NCBI RefSeq assembly: GCF_009834535.1 | Contig: NC_045696.1 | Coordinates: 41,418,001 to 41,482,000, forward strand | Length of the DNA: 64,000 nt | From: Camelus ferus | Taxonomy: Eukaryota | Reading direction: 5' to 3' | Shown: one piece after another, positions 1-12,470 of the stretch | Layout: each line of letters begins with the position of its first letter | Position numbering within the stretch: the first letter of the stretch is position 1 | Program-made: the position numbers and the translations under genes | Notes under the pieces: model-generated | The model's input: only the letters and a program-made list of their open reading frames with translations | Database searches by the model: none | Told to the model about the DNA's origin: nothing

Positions 1-694
1 TAGAGATTCCTTAAAATACTCAGAATAGACTTACCATATGATCCAGCAATCCCACTCCTGAGCATATATCCAGAGAGAACTCTAATTAAAAAAGATACAT
101 GTACCCCAATGTTCATAGTAGCACTATATACAATAGCCAAGACATGGAAACAACCTAAATGTTCATTGACAGATGACTGGATAAAGAAGCTATGGTATAT
201 AAACACAACAGAATAATACTCAGCCATAAAAAAGAATAAAATAAGGCCATTTTCAGCAACATGGATGGACCTGGAGATAATCATTCTAACGAAATAAAAC
301 CAGAAGGAGAAAGAAAAATACCATATGATATCACTCATATGTGGAATTTAAAAAAAGAAAAAAGAAGACACTAATGAACTCATCTATAAAACAGAAACAG
401 ACTCACAGACATAGCGAACAATCTTATGGTTACTGGGAGAAAGGGTGTGGGAAGGGCTAAATTTGGGAGTTCTAGATTTCTGAATATTTACTATTATATA
501 TAAAAATAGACAAAAAACAAATTTCTTCTGTATTGCATGGGGAACTATATTCAATATCTTGTAATATCCTTTAATGAAAAATAACATGAAAACAAATGTA
601 TGTATACATATAAATATATATGTGTGACTGGGACATTATGCTGTACACCAGAAATTGACACATTGTAATTGACTATACTTCAATTTAAAAAAAA
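1..694 (+). mobile_element. LINE-1 3' end (ORF2 C-terminus, 3' UTR, poly-A); continues off the window to the left
   Basis: Typical L1 3' motifs (ccatatgatccagcaatcccactcctg; gcaacatggatggacctggag) end in 'tatacttcaatttaaaaaaaa'. Highly similar to 19530-19880 and 52630-53110. Confidence 0.95.
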
Positions 695-734
695 TTACCA
701 TCAGTAAGTCTGTTCTACCTGCCAAATCATTGAT

Positions 735-1265
735 TTGAGACTATATATAAAAAATCTTTGGACATCAATGGTCTAAATAAGAGAGATCATCACAGTGGAT
801 CAAGAACAAGACCCAGCTATATGTCATCTATAAGGAACCCATTTTAAATGTAAAGCTACATATGGATTAAATGGGTTCTATAAGGAACCCATTTTAAATG
901 TAAAGCTACATATGGATTAAAAGTAAATGGATAGAGAAAGATATATCATGTTAACACTAATCAAAAGAAAGCAGAAGTAGCTATATTAAATTCAGACAGA
1001 GCAGACTTCAAAGCAAGGAATTTTATTAGGAATAAAGAGGGACATTACATATTGAAAAAGGGGTCAATTCTCTAAGAAGATATAACACTCCTCAACATAT
1101 ATGTGCCTAACAGCACAGGGTCAAACTGTGTGAGGCAAAAATTGACAGAACATCAAGGAGATGTAGATTAATAATCCACATCAGAGTTAGAGACCTCAAC
1201 ACTTCAACAACCCTCTATCAGAAATGGACAGATTTAGCAGGCAAAAAATCTGTAAGGACATAGTT
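735..1265 (+). mobile_element. Older L1 ORF2 5' (endonuclease-region) fragment, degenerate
   Basis: Degenerate matches to the L1 EN coding region (atcaatggtctaaata; gaagtagctatattaaattcagacagagcagacttcaaagcaagg; atatatgtgcctaacagc). Confidence 0.8.
827..921. repeat. 45-bp perfect direct duplication with 5-bp spacer
   Basis: tctataaggaacccattttaaatgtaaagctacatatggattaaa at 827-871 and 877-921. Confidence 0.95.
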
Positions 1266-1289
1266 GCTCCCTGTAAGGTCAGCAGTGAC

Positions 1290-2720
1290 TGTATTTTCTA
1301 GGTCACAAGATTCTCATCTTACTACAGCTTTAGCAGCATCACATAATGTTGATCACACTCTCCTTCAAACAATTCTTCTAGTTCTGTGACTACTCTTTTT
1401 TGTGTCTTTGTAATCTCAAACTTCTCTACCTGCTCGTTAAATATTGGAGGATTTTGAGCCTCATTCTGAAAGCCTTTTCACAGTAATTTTATTCATTTCT
1501 ATGATCTGAACTGTCATTGACACACTGATGATTCCTAGTTTATAACTTTAATCCAGACTTGTCACTGAGTCTAGATCCATATGTGAAACTGTCTACTCAA
1601 CACTCTTCACTCAGATGACTCAAAGTCATCTCAGATTCCACATGCCTAAAACTGAACCCATGTTCTTAGCCTTATAACTGACTCTTTTCAAGTATTTGTT
1701 CTCTGATGGAATGACCGTTATCCTTATCATGATGGCGTTCATGCATTGTTTAGATACATTAACTCATTTAATCCTCACTACAATTCTCTGATATGGTGAC
1801 TAGTGCCATCCCCATCTCAAAGGTGAGACAGAGTAGTTAAGGGATCAGCTAAAGACCACCCATTAGTACCCAAGTAGCAGAGCTGGGATTGAAAACACAG
1901 GCAAGGTTAGGGTACATGTTCTCAACCACTACATTGTGCTCACGATAGGTACAGGCTAGGAAACTGGTAGTCAGTCTTTAATGCTTTCTTCTTTTCTCCC
2001 CAAATACCTATTTATAACATCTGTATATTTTCACCTCCTTAATATCTCATAAATCCATTTATTTCTATTTATCACTGCTAAATTACCACAATAGTCCAAA
2101 TCAATACCATCTCTTACTACAACTACTAAAACAGACTCCATGCTGGTGATCAGAGAAATCGCCTTTGAACCTAATTCTGGTAACATCACCTGTGCCTAGC
2201 ACACTTCAAAGCTGCCTTTGCTCTTACAATGATCAACAACAATTCCGATGTAGTTGATCCCCAGTGTGCAAGATGCTCCTGCATCTCTCTCTCCAGCCTC
2301 TCCTGTCAGCACTCTCCACTTTTCACTGCCCTCCAGTCCCACTGGCCAACTTTCATTTCCTCCATCTTACCTGCTCAATCCATAGCAAGGCATCTGTTCA
2401 GAGCTAGTTCCTCTCCTAAAGAGGGTCTGAGTCTCACTTATTCTCCTCATCTGGGAGATCACTTCAGACTTGGCTTAAGAGTTCCTTCCAATGGAAGCCT
2501 TCCCTGACACCCCAGCCTAGATTTGCCTTCTCTTTTGGGAGCGCTTATTCATGAAGAATATTGATCTCAGTTTGTATTATTAATTTAGTATGCTATTATA
2601 TAATTACATCTTCCTGCTCACTACAATGAAAGCTACATGAAATCACAGCTATCTTTTTTTATTCACTTCATTATCCTCAGTGCCTGAGAACTGGCACACA
2701 AGAAGCAGTCAATAGCTCAG
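1290..2720 (+). mobile_element. LINE-2 3' portion, interrupted by a MIR at ~1745-1930
   Basis: Pyrimidine-rich L2-like text (ctagatccatatgtgaaactgtctactcaacac; catgcctaaaactgaac) and an L2 3'-end motif (cctcagtgcctgagaactggcacacaagaagcagtcaata). Confidence 0.7.
1745..1930 (-). mobile_element. MIR SINE
   Basis: ctcatttaatcctcac...ccccatctcaaaggtgagacagag...agcagagctgggattgaa resembles the reverse MIR core. Confidence 0.7.
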
Positions 2721-2754
2721 AAATGTCAGTTAACCAGGTACCATCCCCCCAAGC

Positions 2755-2856
2755 TTGCTTTCTTTTTCTTTTTCTTGTTTTCTTCCTTCCTTTCTTTCTC
2801 TCTTTCTTCCTTTCTTCCTCCTCCTTCATATTCTCTTCTCTCTTTCTTTTTTCTTG
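2755..2856. repeat. CT-rich low-complexity tract / (CTTT)n-like simple repeat
   Basis: About 100-bp nearly pure pyrimidine tract. Confidence 0.9.
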
Positions 2857-4458
2857 TTGATTTAATTTTTAATTAGAAAGGACTTGAGACATTAAAAGCA
2901 TCTGAAAAGAATAATAGTTTATAGCAAGCTTCTACTTTATTGGTCCTGGACTGAGTGGGTGGGTGGGGGAGCTTCTGTAAACAAAATTCCAGCATCCTCC
3001 TGCCTCCAGTTTTAGCATATCCACCCCAACTTCAGGTTTCTGCCAGCCTCTCTACCCTCACTGGTAGAGGCGTCCCTGACTTACAGCTCCAGTTGTCTAA
3101 TTGTCATACTGAAAAAGAGCTGAAGAGCTAATTCCTATGAAGGTAGAAAGACTGATGAAGAACTAAGGTGTTTCTTATCTTGTGGTAAATATTCCTATTG
3201 GTACAGGAAACCAAATTGCATTATTTACCTTCTAACGGTGTGAGTGCCATGATCATAGATAACCCAGGGCTGAAGGCTTCTCACTGGTCATTTGTAGCTT
3301 GTTTCCCAGGCCTACCTCCTCTTGCACACACAAGCCAACCTTTTTCAGTGTGAATATAAAGCCACACTTTGGACATTTGAATTAGCAGATTTACAGGTCT
3401 AAGGTAAAGCAACTTTTGGCCCATAATCCTAATTCATTTCAAGTTCCATCTTTCTCAAGTTCTGTGTCAAGACCTAAGAAAATTCAAAAACCTTATTGGG
3501 TATGGTGACAGAATTCTGGGCTGCTCAAACAATTAAGCACTCTAATTTCTTTTAATAGCAGGACTCATAAAAAATGCAACTGTACAGGTTTAGCAAATGT
3601 CCTTCAAAAAGGTCAATTATTGCTGGACCGAAGTACATCCTAGCAGAGTTGCTACAGTAATGACATGAAAACATGGGAAGCTTTTACTCTTTTATGAAAT
3701 TAAAGTATTTGATTCACCATTAGAAGAACCGGTTTTAGTGAGGGAACGATTAAGTTTATGTATCATTCTTTTTTAAAAAAGAAGCATTTATGAGTAACTT
3801 CTGTGTTCTAAGCATTATTCTAAAAAATTGAATCATGACATGTTAGTGGTGGAAGAGCTTTAAAGATCTAACAAATGAGGTCAACAGAGACCCAGCCTGG
3901 TCAAGTGATTTTGCCAAAACATCACAGCTGGGAATAAAACAAAGTCCCTGTCCCCAACATGCTCAATTTCATGTTCTAAATCACCTTTACAAATGATAAA
4001 TGCTACAATTACTGTAGAGGTGTCTGAAACACATAAATGCGTGCATCTGCCATGTCCCTGGGTTAAGGAAGGACTTCACCCAAGGCCAAAGATGGGCAAA
4101 AAGGCCATGCACTAGGTCTAGCTTTCCTCCTAATTTAATCCTAAAAAGGTGACATGACAGCAAGATCAACATTATCATCCTGAGAATGCTTCTGTTCTCC
4201 AAACTTAAGAGAGAGGTCTTGTTGAACTCACAACACTGCTTCCATCCTGCACAGCTGTTTTGTCACAAATAGAGACCCATGACATCATGTGTGCGCTATG
4301 AGTACAGGCAAGAGATCTGCTCTCAATAAACCCTTCTTTCTAACGGTCCCCTGAAAGACTGGGTAAGACCTTTATCCATCAGCATGGCTTTTGCCAACTT
4401 CTCTCTGGTGAAGTGAAGCAAGTAAGGCAAAGTTATCTCTTAATATCCTTCTCTAAAG

Positions 4459-4606
4459 GGCAAATAGTGGCTCATGGGCCAAATCCAGTCTGCCACCTGT
4501 TTTTGTAAAAACAGCAGAGTTGAGTATGACAAATACTACTGTATGGCTCACAAAACCCAAAGCATTTACTATCTAGTCTTTTACTGAAAAAGTTTGCTGA
4601 CCCCTG
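4459..4606 (+). mobile_element. MER58A-like hAT-Charlie element, internally deleted
   Basis: ggcaaa...gggccaaatccag...gaaaaagtttgctgacccctg, flanked by an 8-bp TSD-like pair ctctaaag / atctaaag. Confidence 0.75.
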
Positions 4607-5666
4607 ATCTAAAGTGAAATAATTAAACAACAACAAAAGACTTAAGCAGAGTCTTTATTATCACAAGGTTGGATTGCAAATGTGAAGTTGAGACAGTTTG
4701 TTAAATATATTTTCTTACTTAGTTAAACTCATGAACCTACAGTACCGATTAAGCTACGGGAATTTTATGAACATAAAGACTCAAATATACTTCTCTTGAA
4801 CCATCACAGATAGAAATGACTGGTCTGAGAATGTTGTTCTTCCTCTTTCAAGATAAGCTGTTACTTTTAACATCAGGCTTGGTGGCTCTGTCTTTATGAT
4901 TACCTTTCTAGAAAACCATATGCTCTGTCTGTGTGCCTGACCCACTGTCCCCATCCCCCACCCATGATGAACACAGGGTCTTGCCCTACAGAACCCAAAC
5001 GTTGTTGCATGTGCAATAAATTTTAAATCTCTATAATCTGTAATGCTTTCATTTTATTGTTAACAATACTGAAGATTACTCAGGCATGGAAAGTTACTTT
5101 GGCAGACCTAGTTTTGTCCTTGACTGACAATTTTATCATGTCCCTAAACCTCAATGTTCTTAACTGTGAAAGGAAGGGCTTGAACTGTGTCCCCTCTGGG
5201 GTTTTGGGTTCTAACCCCTAAAGGTAAATCCCATTACAGTCCCATCAATTTCTAGGGAGAGATCAAGTTTTTGTTGTATTAGAATTTTGGTAAACCAAAT
5301 ATTATTTGAAATAAATGCTGCCTCAGATAGGTTGAGCCTCTCTACCTTTTGGAGGACAATTTATCCTGTAAATAAACAATGAAAGTAATTAATTCCAGTT
5401 TTATGGCAGTGTACCCATGTCACTATGCAACTTTCTGATTTCAATCCATGCAAAAACAGTTCAATAGGTAGAATGATTACAACTAGCCTGACATTTAAAT
5501 TTTCTTATATTAGTTGAGGAATAAAAATATCTCAATGAACATTTTCTAATAGGTAAATTTTAAATCTGCAATTGGCCAATAGTTTTCAGTTTAGCCTCGT
5601 TTTCATAAAAAATATACATTCACACACATAAAAAAACTGCAGCTATCTAGGTTAGTAGCCACATAG

Positions 5667-5793
5667 TTTTTTGTTTGTTTTGGTATTTTGGGGTAGGTAA
5701 TTAGGTTTATTTATTTTATGGAGGTACTGGGGATTAAACCCAGGACCTCATACATGCTAAGCACACACTCTACCCCTGAGCTATACCCTCCCC
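5667..5793 (-). mobile_element. Vic-1-type tRNA-Ala-derived SINE (camelid)
   Basis: Reverse complement reads gggagggtatagctcaggggtagagtgtgtgcttagcatgtatgaggtcctgggtttaatccccagtacctcc plus an AT-rich tail. TSD agtagccacatag (5654-5666) / agtagtcacatag (5798-5810). Confidence 0.9.
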
Positions 5794-8198
5794 ATCAAGT
5801 AGTCACATAGCTTTTTGAAATCTACCAAAATGAATGAGATTAGAAAGAGGCTAATTATCAGATGGTTGAAGCTGGCATCAAAATAGGGCTCTGTGGTGTT
5901 GGAGGACAGGCAAGGACTGTCATGGTGACCTTGGGGAATTCTAGTAGAATAATCTGGCCTTACCTGATCCAGCTTCTGGTTGTGATTGAAGTTACTTCCA
6001 GCCTATTATTCTATTACTAAACTATACAGCTTCAAATCTCAGAATACTGTTAAGAAATGATATATTTCACAGAGCTTAAATATAACTTGCTGCCCTAAAA
6101 TAAATACAGGTTATCCTTTGAACGTGAGTTTCTCTTGCAGTCGTGGCTTCGTGCCTAATTCCCCCTTGGGATTTGTTGAGCGTTTCCAAACCCATAGGAG
6201 TAATCTATTTATTCTCAGTTCACCAGCAGGGTCAGGGTTGCCTCATCTTATGTGGATCCAGTGTTTGACACAAAGGGCGGGGTGGCACAGACATGATCTA
6301 AGTGATGCAAACCAGGAAGCAAGAAAGACACAGACCCGAGTGAGAGCCAAGCAGTCCACACATGCAGTCACAATGAGCCACAAAGGCAATTCCCAATGCG
6401 CTCTTACTTACAGAGGGCACCACCCTGAGTTTTAGAAAGAGAAAGGAGTTCAGAGATTGTAAAACACGCTTTTCATTTTAAAGCATAGTTAACTGAGGCC
6501 AAGTGAGGTTAGGTAACTGCAGTAGGGTTCTAGTGCTAACCAGTGGCATTACCAGAATTGGGACCCTCCTGTCTGCCAATCAGCCCTATACTACGTACCC
6601 AGTGCTGCCCAATGTAGAGAGAGCAAAAGACAAGAAGTAAAGAGATGAGTACATCCAATAAACATGGCCAGCAGCAGATCCTTGACACTTTTATTATAAG
6701 CTTGAAAAAAAAATTCTGTCAATCACGTATTTAACAAATGTTATACTCAGAACAGCATCTTGTCCTCAAAATGTGCATTTGAAAAGGAAGGTAAGAAACT
6801 CTAGTATCTTCAAATCTCCAGACATGGCTCAGAACAGACAGATAAGTAAATCTATGTCACCAAGAAGAGAGAAGAAAAAAAAAAAAAAAAACATGCTTTT
6901 TTGAAAAAGAAGAATGGATTTTGCTGGAACAGAGTCAGGGTGGAGTAGGAAGAATCCACGTCTGAGGGTGTTAACTCATTTTTGTAAATCATCTGCCAAG
7001 ACTCAGAGGAAATCCCCAATAATCTTAGCAGAGGAAAGCTTTTTTTTAAGGTTTAAAGAAAAATGCATTCTTTCCTTTTTTCCTGCTCCTGTAAGATTAG
7101 CCTCAAACAAAAAGCTATATTCGAAATATTCTTCAAAGGAAATCATTATTAAATGATCTTTATTTGCAAACTTCATGTTGCATAAGGAGTTACTGCATTT
7201 CTTTCAGCAGAGGGCTTCTCTGCATTCCCACAAGTACAAATGTAGCTGAATCGTGGCCATCCCCCTCAAGTCTTGCTGCAGCCAGAATCCCCTTCCAGCC
7301 ACATAACCCAACAGCCACTGGCCTCTGTAGCTGTCAGGTCTATGCTATAAAAAGACAAAGGACACTCTTATCCATACTTATTTTCCTACAGCATAAACTA
7401 TAGAAGGAAATTAATCTTTACTGAAGGAATTCCTCTTGCTTTGAAGCAAAAAGTAGGCTTCTTATTCTGTAACAGTGCTCAGTGGAAAATCAGAAGCATC
7501 AATTTGGCTCTTGAGATGTACTGATTTGTTTCTGTCAAAAGTTCTGTGTCCAGTTGGACATCTGGGAAAATTTCTAGAGTTTATCCCAAAGCAAACACAC
7601 TAAAAATTATGACGAAGTACATGAAGTCCAACTCCCAGGTATCCAGTGGCAGAGCAATGTCACATTTAGAGACACATGGACCCAGACTGGGACTCGAAGT
7701 CTTACTCTTGTCCCTCTCAAATATTCAACAGAACTGAAGAACTTGGAGCCCAGCAAAGTGTATTAAATGTCTTTGTTCTCACTCACTCTGGAGAGAGTTC
7801 CCCGATGCTCATCTGTGGTCTCACCCTAAACCTCTCTCATCTGTGCCATCCAGGGGCTGCTCTTGGCCCCTCTGGTCTCCCTCTACCTGGGCACGAGCTC
7901 CTGGCTTGTTACCTCCCCCTCCCGGAGCAGTGCCCTGAGATTCCCGGGCACCCGCAGTGCTGTTCTCTCTCCTGCAGAGCGTGCAGGCGGCAGAAGAAGT
8001 CCAAGTGGGCAAAGGGGGACTACGAGGGCTGGGAAGCCCCACCTGTTAGTAAGTGTGGCTCCATCTCAGTCTCCAAACGAAATGATTGGGGCATGGCCCA
8101 CTACAGGTGCTCACGCCACCTGCTCCACACCAAGAGTTGTTTCTTTAAATCATAATTTAAACTGAGTTACTCTATGGAGTCCATTGAGCAAAGAGATC

Positions 8199-8624
8199 CT
8201 TTTTCTTTTTTTTTTTTTTTTTTGTTGAAGTATAGTTGGTTTATAATGTTAATTTCTGGTGTACAACATAGTGATTCAGTTATATATATATATGTGTGTA
8301 TATAAATATATATCCCTTTTCATATTCTTTTTCATTATATGCTATTACAAGGTACTTGAATGTCATTCTCTGTGCTATACAGTCAGACCTGGCTGTTTAT
8401 CTATTTTATGTGTAGTAGTTAGTATCTGCAAGTCCCGAACTCCCAATTTATCTCCCCTCTTTCCCCCTTGGTAACCATATGCTTTTATGTCTGTGAGTCT
8501 GTTTCTGTTCTGTAAATAATTTCATTTGCCTCACTTTTTTTAGATTTTACATATAAGTGATATATGGTATTTTTCTTTCTCTTTCTGGCTTACTTCCCTT
8601 AGTATGACCTGGACATTGTCATAC
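8199..8624 (-). mobile_element. 5'-truncated L1 3' end with short 5' inversion
   Basis: Poly-T, then antisense L1 3' UTR, then a ~19-nt sense-oriented L1 piece at 8606-8625. TSD tgagcaaagagatc (8185-8198) / tgagcaaaaagatc (8625-8638). Confidence 0.9.
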
Positions 8625-10372
8625 TGAGCAAAAAGATCTTAAATCTGCTTTCATGGTCATTATAACAGCTTCAAGAAATTTTGGTGGCTGTTAATACTAT
8701 TTTCTGGGTTAAATATATAGCCTTCTCCCAGCGTGACTTGCAAGTTCCCTGCAAACACTTGTTTTACAGTCAGACTTTCTGCAGAGAAGATGTTACTTGG
8801 TCCCTTTTCCAGGAACCACTGGACATATAAACAGAACACGTTGACACTTATTGCACATGATTTGAGAGACATAAGGAGGGCTCTCGTCTTGAACAAATTC
8901 TTCCCCTCTAATCCTACTTGGTTGAAATCTTCCCATTAGAGAAGACAGACCCGATTACCTTGCATTAAGGCTTTATTTATACAAGCATCTTAGGATGAAA
9001 GGCAAACCCCTCAAAGGAGTAAGACAGTTAGCTATTCCCAGCCATTAACTGCTTCACTGTGAAAGTGACTATCAGGTGATTTGCAAAGAGTCGGCTAGCA
9101 GGAACAGGGCAGTGACTGGGGAAATTTTGACAAGGAGTAGTTATGGGATAATCTGGAGCATTCAAAAGAGAAGGCAAGACTGGAGTGGGGCAGCAGAAGT
9201 CTTCGGATACTGGGCTCTGGAGGGAACACTGAGAATGTGGGTGGGCCCCATAGATAAAATGTGCTTCCACTTGCACATTTATGCCTACCACCCTTTCTGG
9301 ATTTTTCCTCCAAATTACAACAAATGCCTTGCATAGGATCATATCACACAATAGAAATGAAAACGACCCGCAAGTAAAGAGCCTGACAGATGTTCAACGG
9401 AAGCTGATGGAGGTTTCTTCACCTGTTGATCAAGGTATTTGTGTTTCCTTGTCCCAGCAAAACCGCAGGTGTTCTTTTTAAATGAATGAGTCAAGAATGA
9501 GGTCATTAAAAATAGATTTTTTAAATGGAAATGAAAACAGAAAGGAGGCGTGAGGGTTCTTGCCAGTCAAATCAACTCACACTTTGTCAGTGAAAGAATC
9601 ACAGAAATGTGAGCTGAGAAGGGTGTGCCTTCCAGAAAAAGGATAGAAAGAAAGGCAAACGGGTGACACGTCATCCTTCCCTAAAGCACTGGATTCCCAA
9701 GAAAACCTTTCTGCAACCCGATCATTTCACCTCACTAGCTCAAGGCATTGATGTATTTAGAGTTTTCTAGATTTAATAAAGCTGCCATTGCCATTAAAAT
9801 AGCATCTGTATTACATTTTAGAAAATGAGACTCACACTCTAGAAATTACAGTAAGCAAAATCAAATTTTTACATAAAAAAAAATCTGTACTGAATGGAAT
9901 CTACAAATAAACTGGTGATCACAAATATTTATAACGCAACTTTGAGATGTGAAAGCTACTCTCTGGGCCAAGAATAGAGGTGATGGATAACCACTCCGTG
10001 TATAAAGAATCCTACAAGACAGCTGCAAATGTTCACAAAAACATTCAGGTTCCAACAAGCCCTCACCCACCTTACAGAACCCCAACAATGAAGGTATTAT
10101 TTTTGCCGATCAAGACTTGTCAATGCATATTTTTTTAAGGGAAATAAGCAGTTCCACTTGGCTGTCTGGTTTCCCTAATCTGCTTATGGTGTTTAAGGCC
10201 CAGTGAAAGAGATATTTAAGTACTGAGATTTCTTTTCTTTTCTTTTCTTTTTTTCCCTAATGAGTGTTAGGTTCCGTAGCCCATGGCTGGAGGAAACACT
10301 GATGCTAAGCAGTAATAATAGCATCGCCTTTTCATTCACTTCATTCACCCTGTGGAACAGGGGTAGCAAATA

Positions 10373-11179
10373 CAGTCAGTCATTCCTCATTATCAGCAGA
10401 AGCTGTATTTGTGAATTTTGCCTCCCCTCCAAAATTTACTTGTAACCCCCAAATCCATATTCCCAGCACTTTGGCAGTCATTCACGGGCATGCACAAAGT
10501 GGCAAAAAAAAATTGAGCCCCACAGTATTCTTGTTCCCAGCTGAGGTTGGAAAGGGTGCCCCTCTTCCTCCTTGTTCCAGCTCTCAGCCTGTAAACAAGA
10601 ATACCATGCACAGTCTATTTAGTGCTGTATTTTTTCCCACTTCGGTGCTTTTTTTTTTTTTTTTTTTTTTTTTTTTGGTGATTTCACTGTTTAAAATGGC
10701 CCCCAAGTGTAGTGCTGAAGTGCTGTCTAGTGTCATAAGGACAAGAAGGCTGTGACGTGTCTTATGGAGAAAATAAGTGCATTAGATAAGTTCTGCTCAG
10801 GCATGAGCTACAGTGCTGTGGGTGTGAGTTCAATGCTAAGTAAATCCACAACATACAGTAAGTAAAGTGTCTTTAAACAGAAACACGTGAAACACAATGT
10901 CTTGATTGGCTGACAAAAATGTGACCAGAGGCTCATAGGAACCTAACCCTGTGTTTCTCCTAGAAATAATGGCTTGTTCGTTATTTGCTAATTTAGCATT
11001 TGCCAAAACTGTATAGAACACAACTAACAGGGTGATAAAAATTGTATGTGGAGGAGGCTATAGCTCAGTGGTAGAGCGCGTGCTTAGCATGCACAAGGTC
11101 CTGGGTTCAATCCCCAGTACCGCCATTAAAAATAAATAAATAAACCTAATTCCCCCCAACCAAAACAATAAATTGACTG
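10373..11179 (+). mobile_element. MER82-like TcMar-Tigger non-autonomous DNA transposon, near full length
   Basis: TA|cagt...actg|TA termini; internal ttaaaatggcccccaagtgtagtgctgaagtgctgtctagtg and gaccagaggctcataggaacctaaccctg match the recalled MER82 consensus. Confidence 0.85.
11050..11170 (+). mobile_element. Vic-1-type tRNA-Ala-derived SINE nested in the right end of the MER82
   Basis: ggaggaggctatagctcagtggtagagcgcgtgcttagcatgcacaaggtcctgggttcaatccccagtacc carries A and B boxes, followed by an aaataaataaataaacctaatt tail. Confidence 0.92.
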
Positions 11180-11859
11180 TATAATGCTCTGTGATTTTCA
11201 GGTAAGAAAATTAAGACCCAGAGAAATTAAATTATTTCCTCAAATGTCACCCACCCTGTTGGAAGCAGACTAAACTGGAGGTGCTTTATTTCCAAGTTCA
11301 GTGATCGTTTTTCTGCCTCATGCCTTTCTCCAGTTACACCTTTGCTACAGATAAAAAGGAAGGGCTTTCGTTTCTTCATTACATGGGATGCCCAGATTTA
11401 CTTAGCATTCTCCTGTCCAGAGCACTGCCGTTCAAAGTGTGTCTTTTCAAGTGATTAAAGAAGGCTTGATGCTTTAAGCTGAAAAGGGCAAAAAAAAAAA
11501 AAAAAGGAAAAAAAAACTATGTGACACTTTGATTTAGACTGCATAATTTTAATGTTTGGGTGATGATGAGTCATGAATGTAAGACATAGGGAGGGAGAGA
11601 CAGATAAGACTAAACTTTATTAAGTGTTTTCTCTGTGTGTACCAGGCAAATGCAGCCAATTTCCATATTTTATCTTATCTCATAAGAAATTACTGTGGAT
11701 TTGGGCAAATTAATTTACCTATTATCTTTAAGGAAAAAATTGCAGTTTCTAAGAAAATTGATCTCATATTTTTTTAAAAAAAAGAAAGATACTCATCAAG
11801 TGTGGACCAGTCTCTAAGATGTAAAGGTATAGATTCAAAATCTAACTTATTCCTATTAG

Positions 11860-12470
11860 GACAGCACAAATTAAAGAAAAAACAAAACAAAACAAAAATA
11901 CCTGACAATATCAAGTAATGGCAAGGATGTGGAGCAACTGAAATCTTCATACTTGCCATAATCAGTACTATAGGCACTTTAAAAACAGCTTGGCATTTCT
12001 TTTAAAGTTCAGCATACACTTAATATATGATAAAGCACTCCCACGCCAAAAGAAATGGCAATGTATGTTCACACAAAGACCTGTAAGCAAATGTTTATAG
12101 CAGTTTTATTCATAATTACCCCAAACTAAAAACAAACCCAAATGTCCATCAACTGGTGAGTGTGTCAACAAATTGTGGTCCAGCCATATAATGGAATACT
12201 GTTCCACTGATAAAAAGAACAAGCTACTAATATGTGCAACAACATGGATATATCAAAAAAGCACTATGTTCAGTGAAGAAAGCCAGACAAAAAAGGCTAC
12301 ATGCTTCATAACACAGGCTTCTATCACAGGACAGTCTGGGAAGGGCAGAACTGTAGAGACAGAAATCAGAACAGTGGCTGCCAAGGGCTGGGGGTTCGGG
12401 GGAGGGATTGACTACAAAGGAACACAACAGAATTTTCTAGGATGACAGAAATGTTTTGTATCTTGATTAA
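11860..12470 (+). mobile_element. Ancient L1 (L1M-type) ORF2 end and 3' UTR
   Basis: ggcaaggatgtggagcaactgaaa; gtttatagcagttttattcataat; cccaaatgtccatcaactggtga; gacagaaatcagaacagtggctgccaaggg. Confidence 0.85.
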
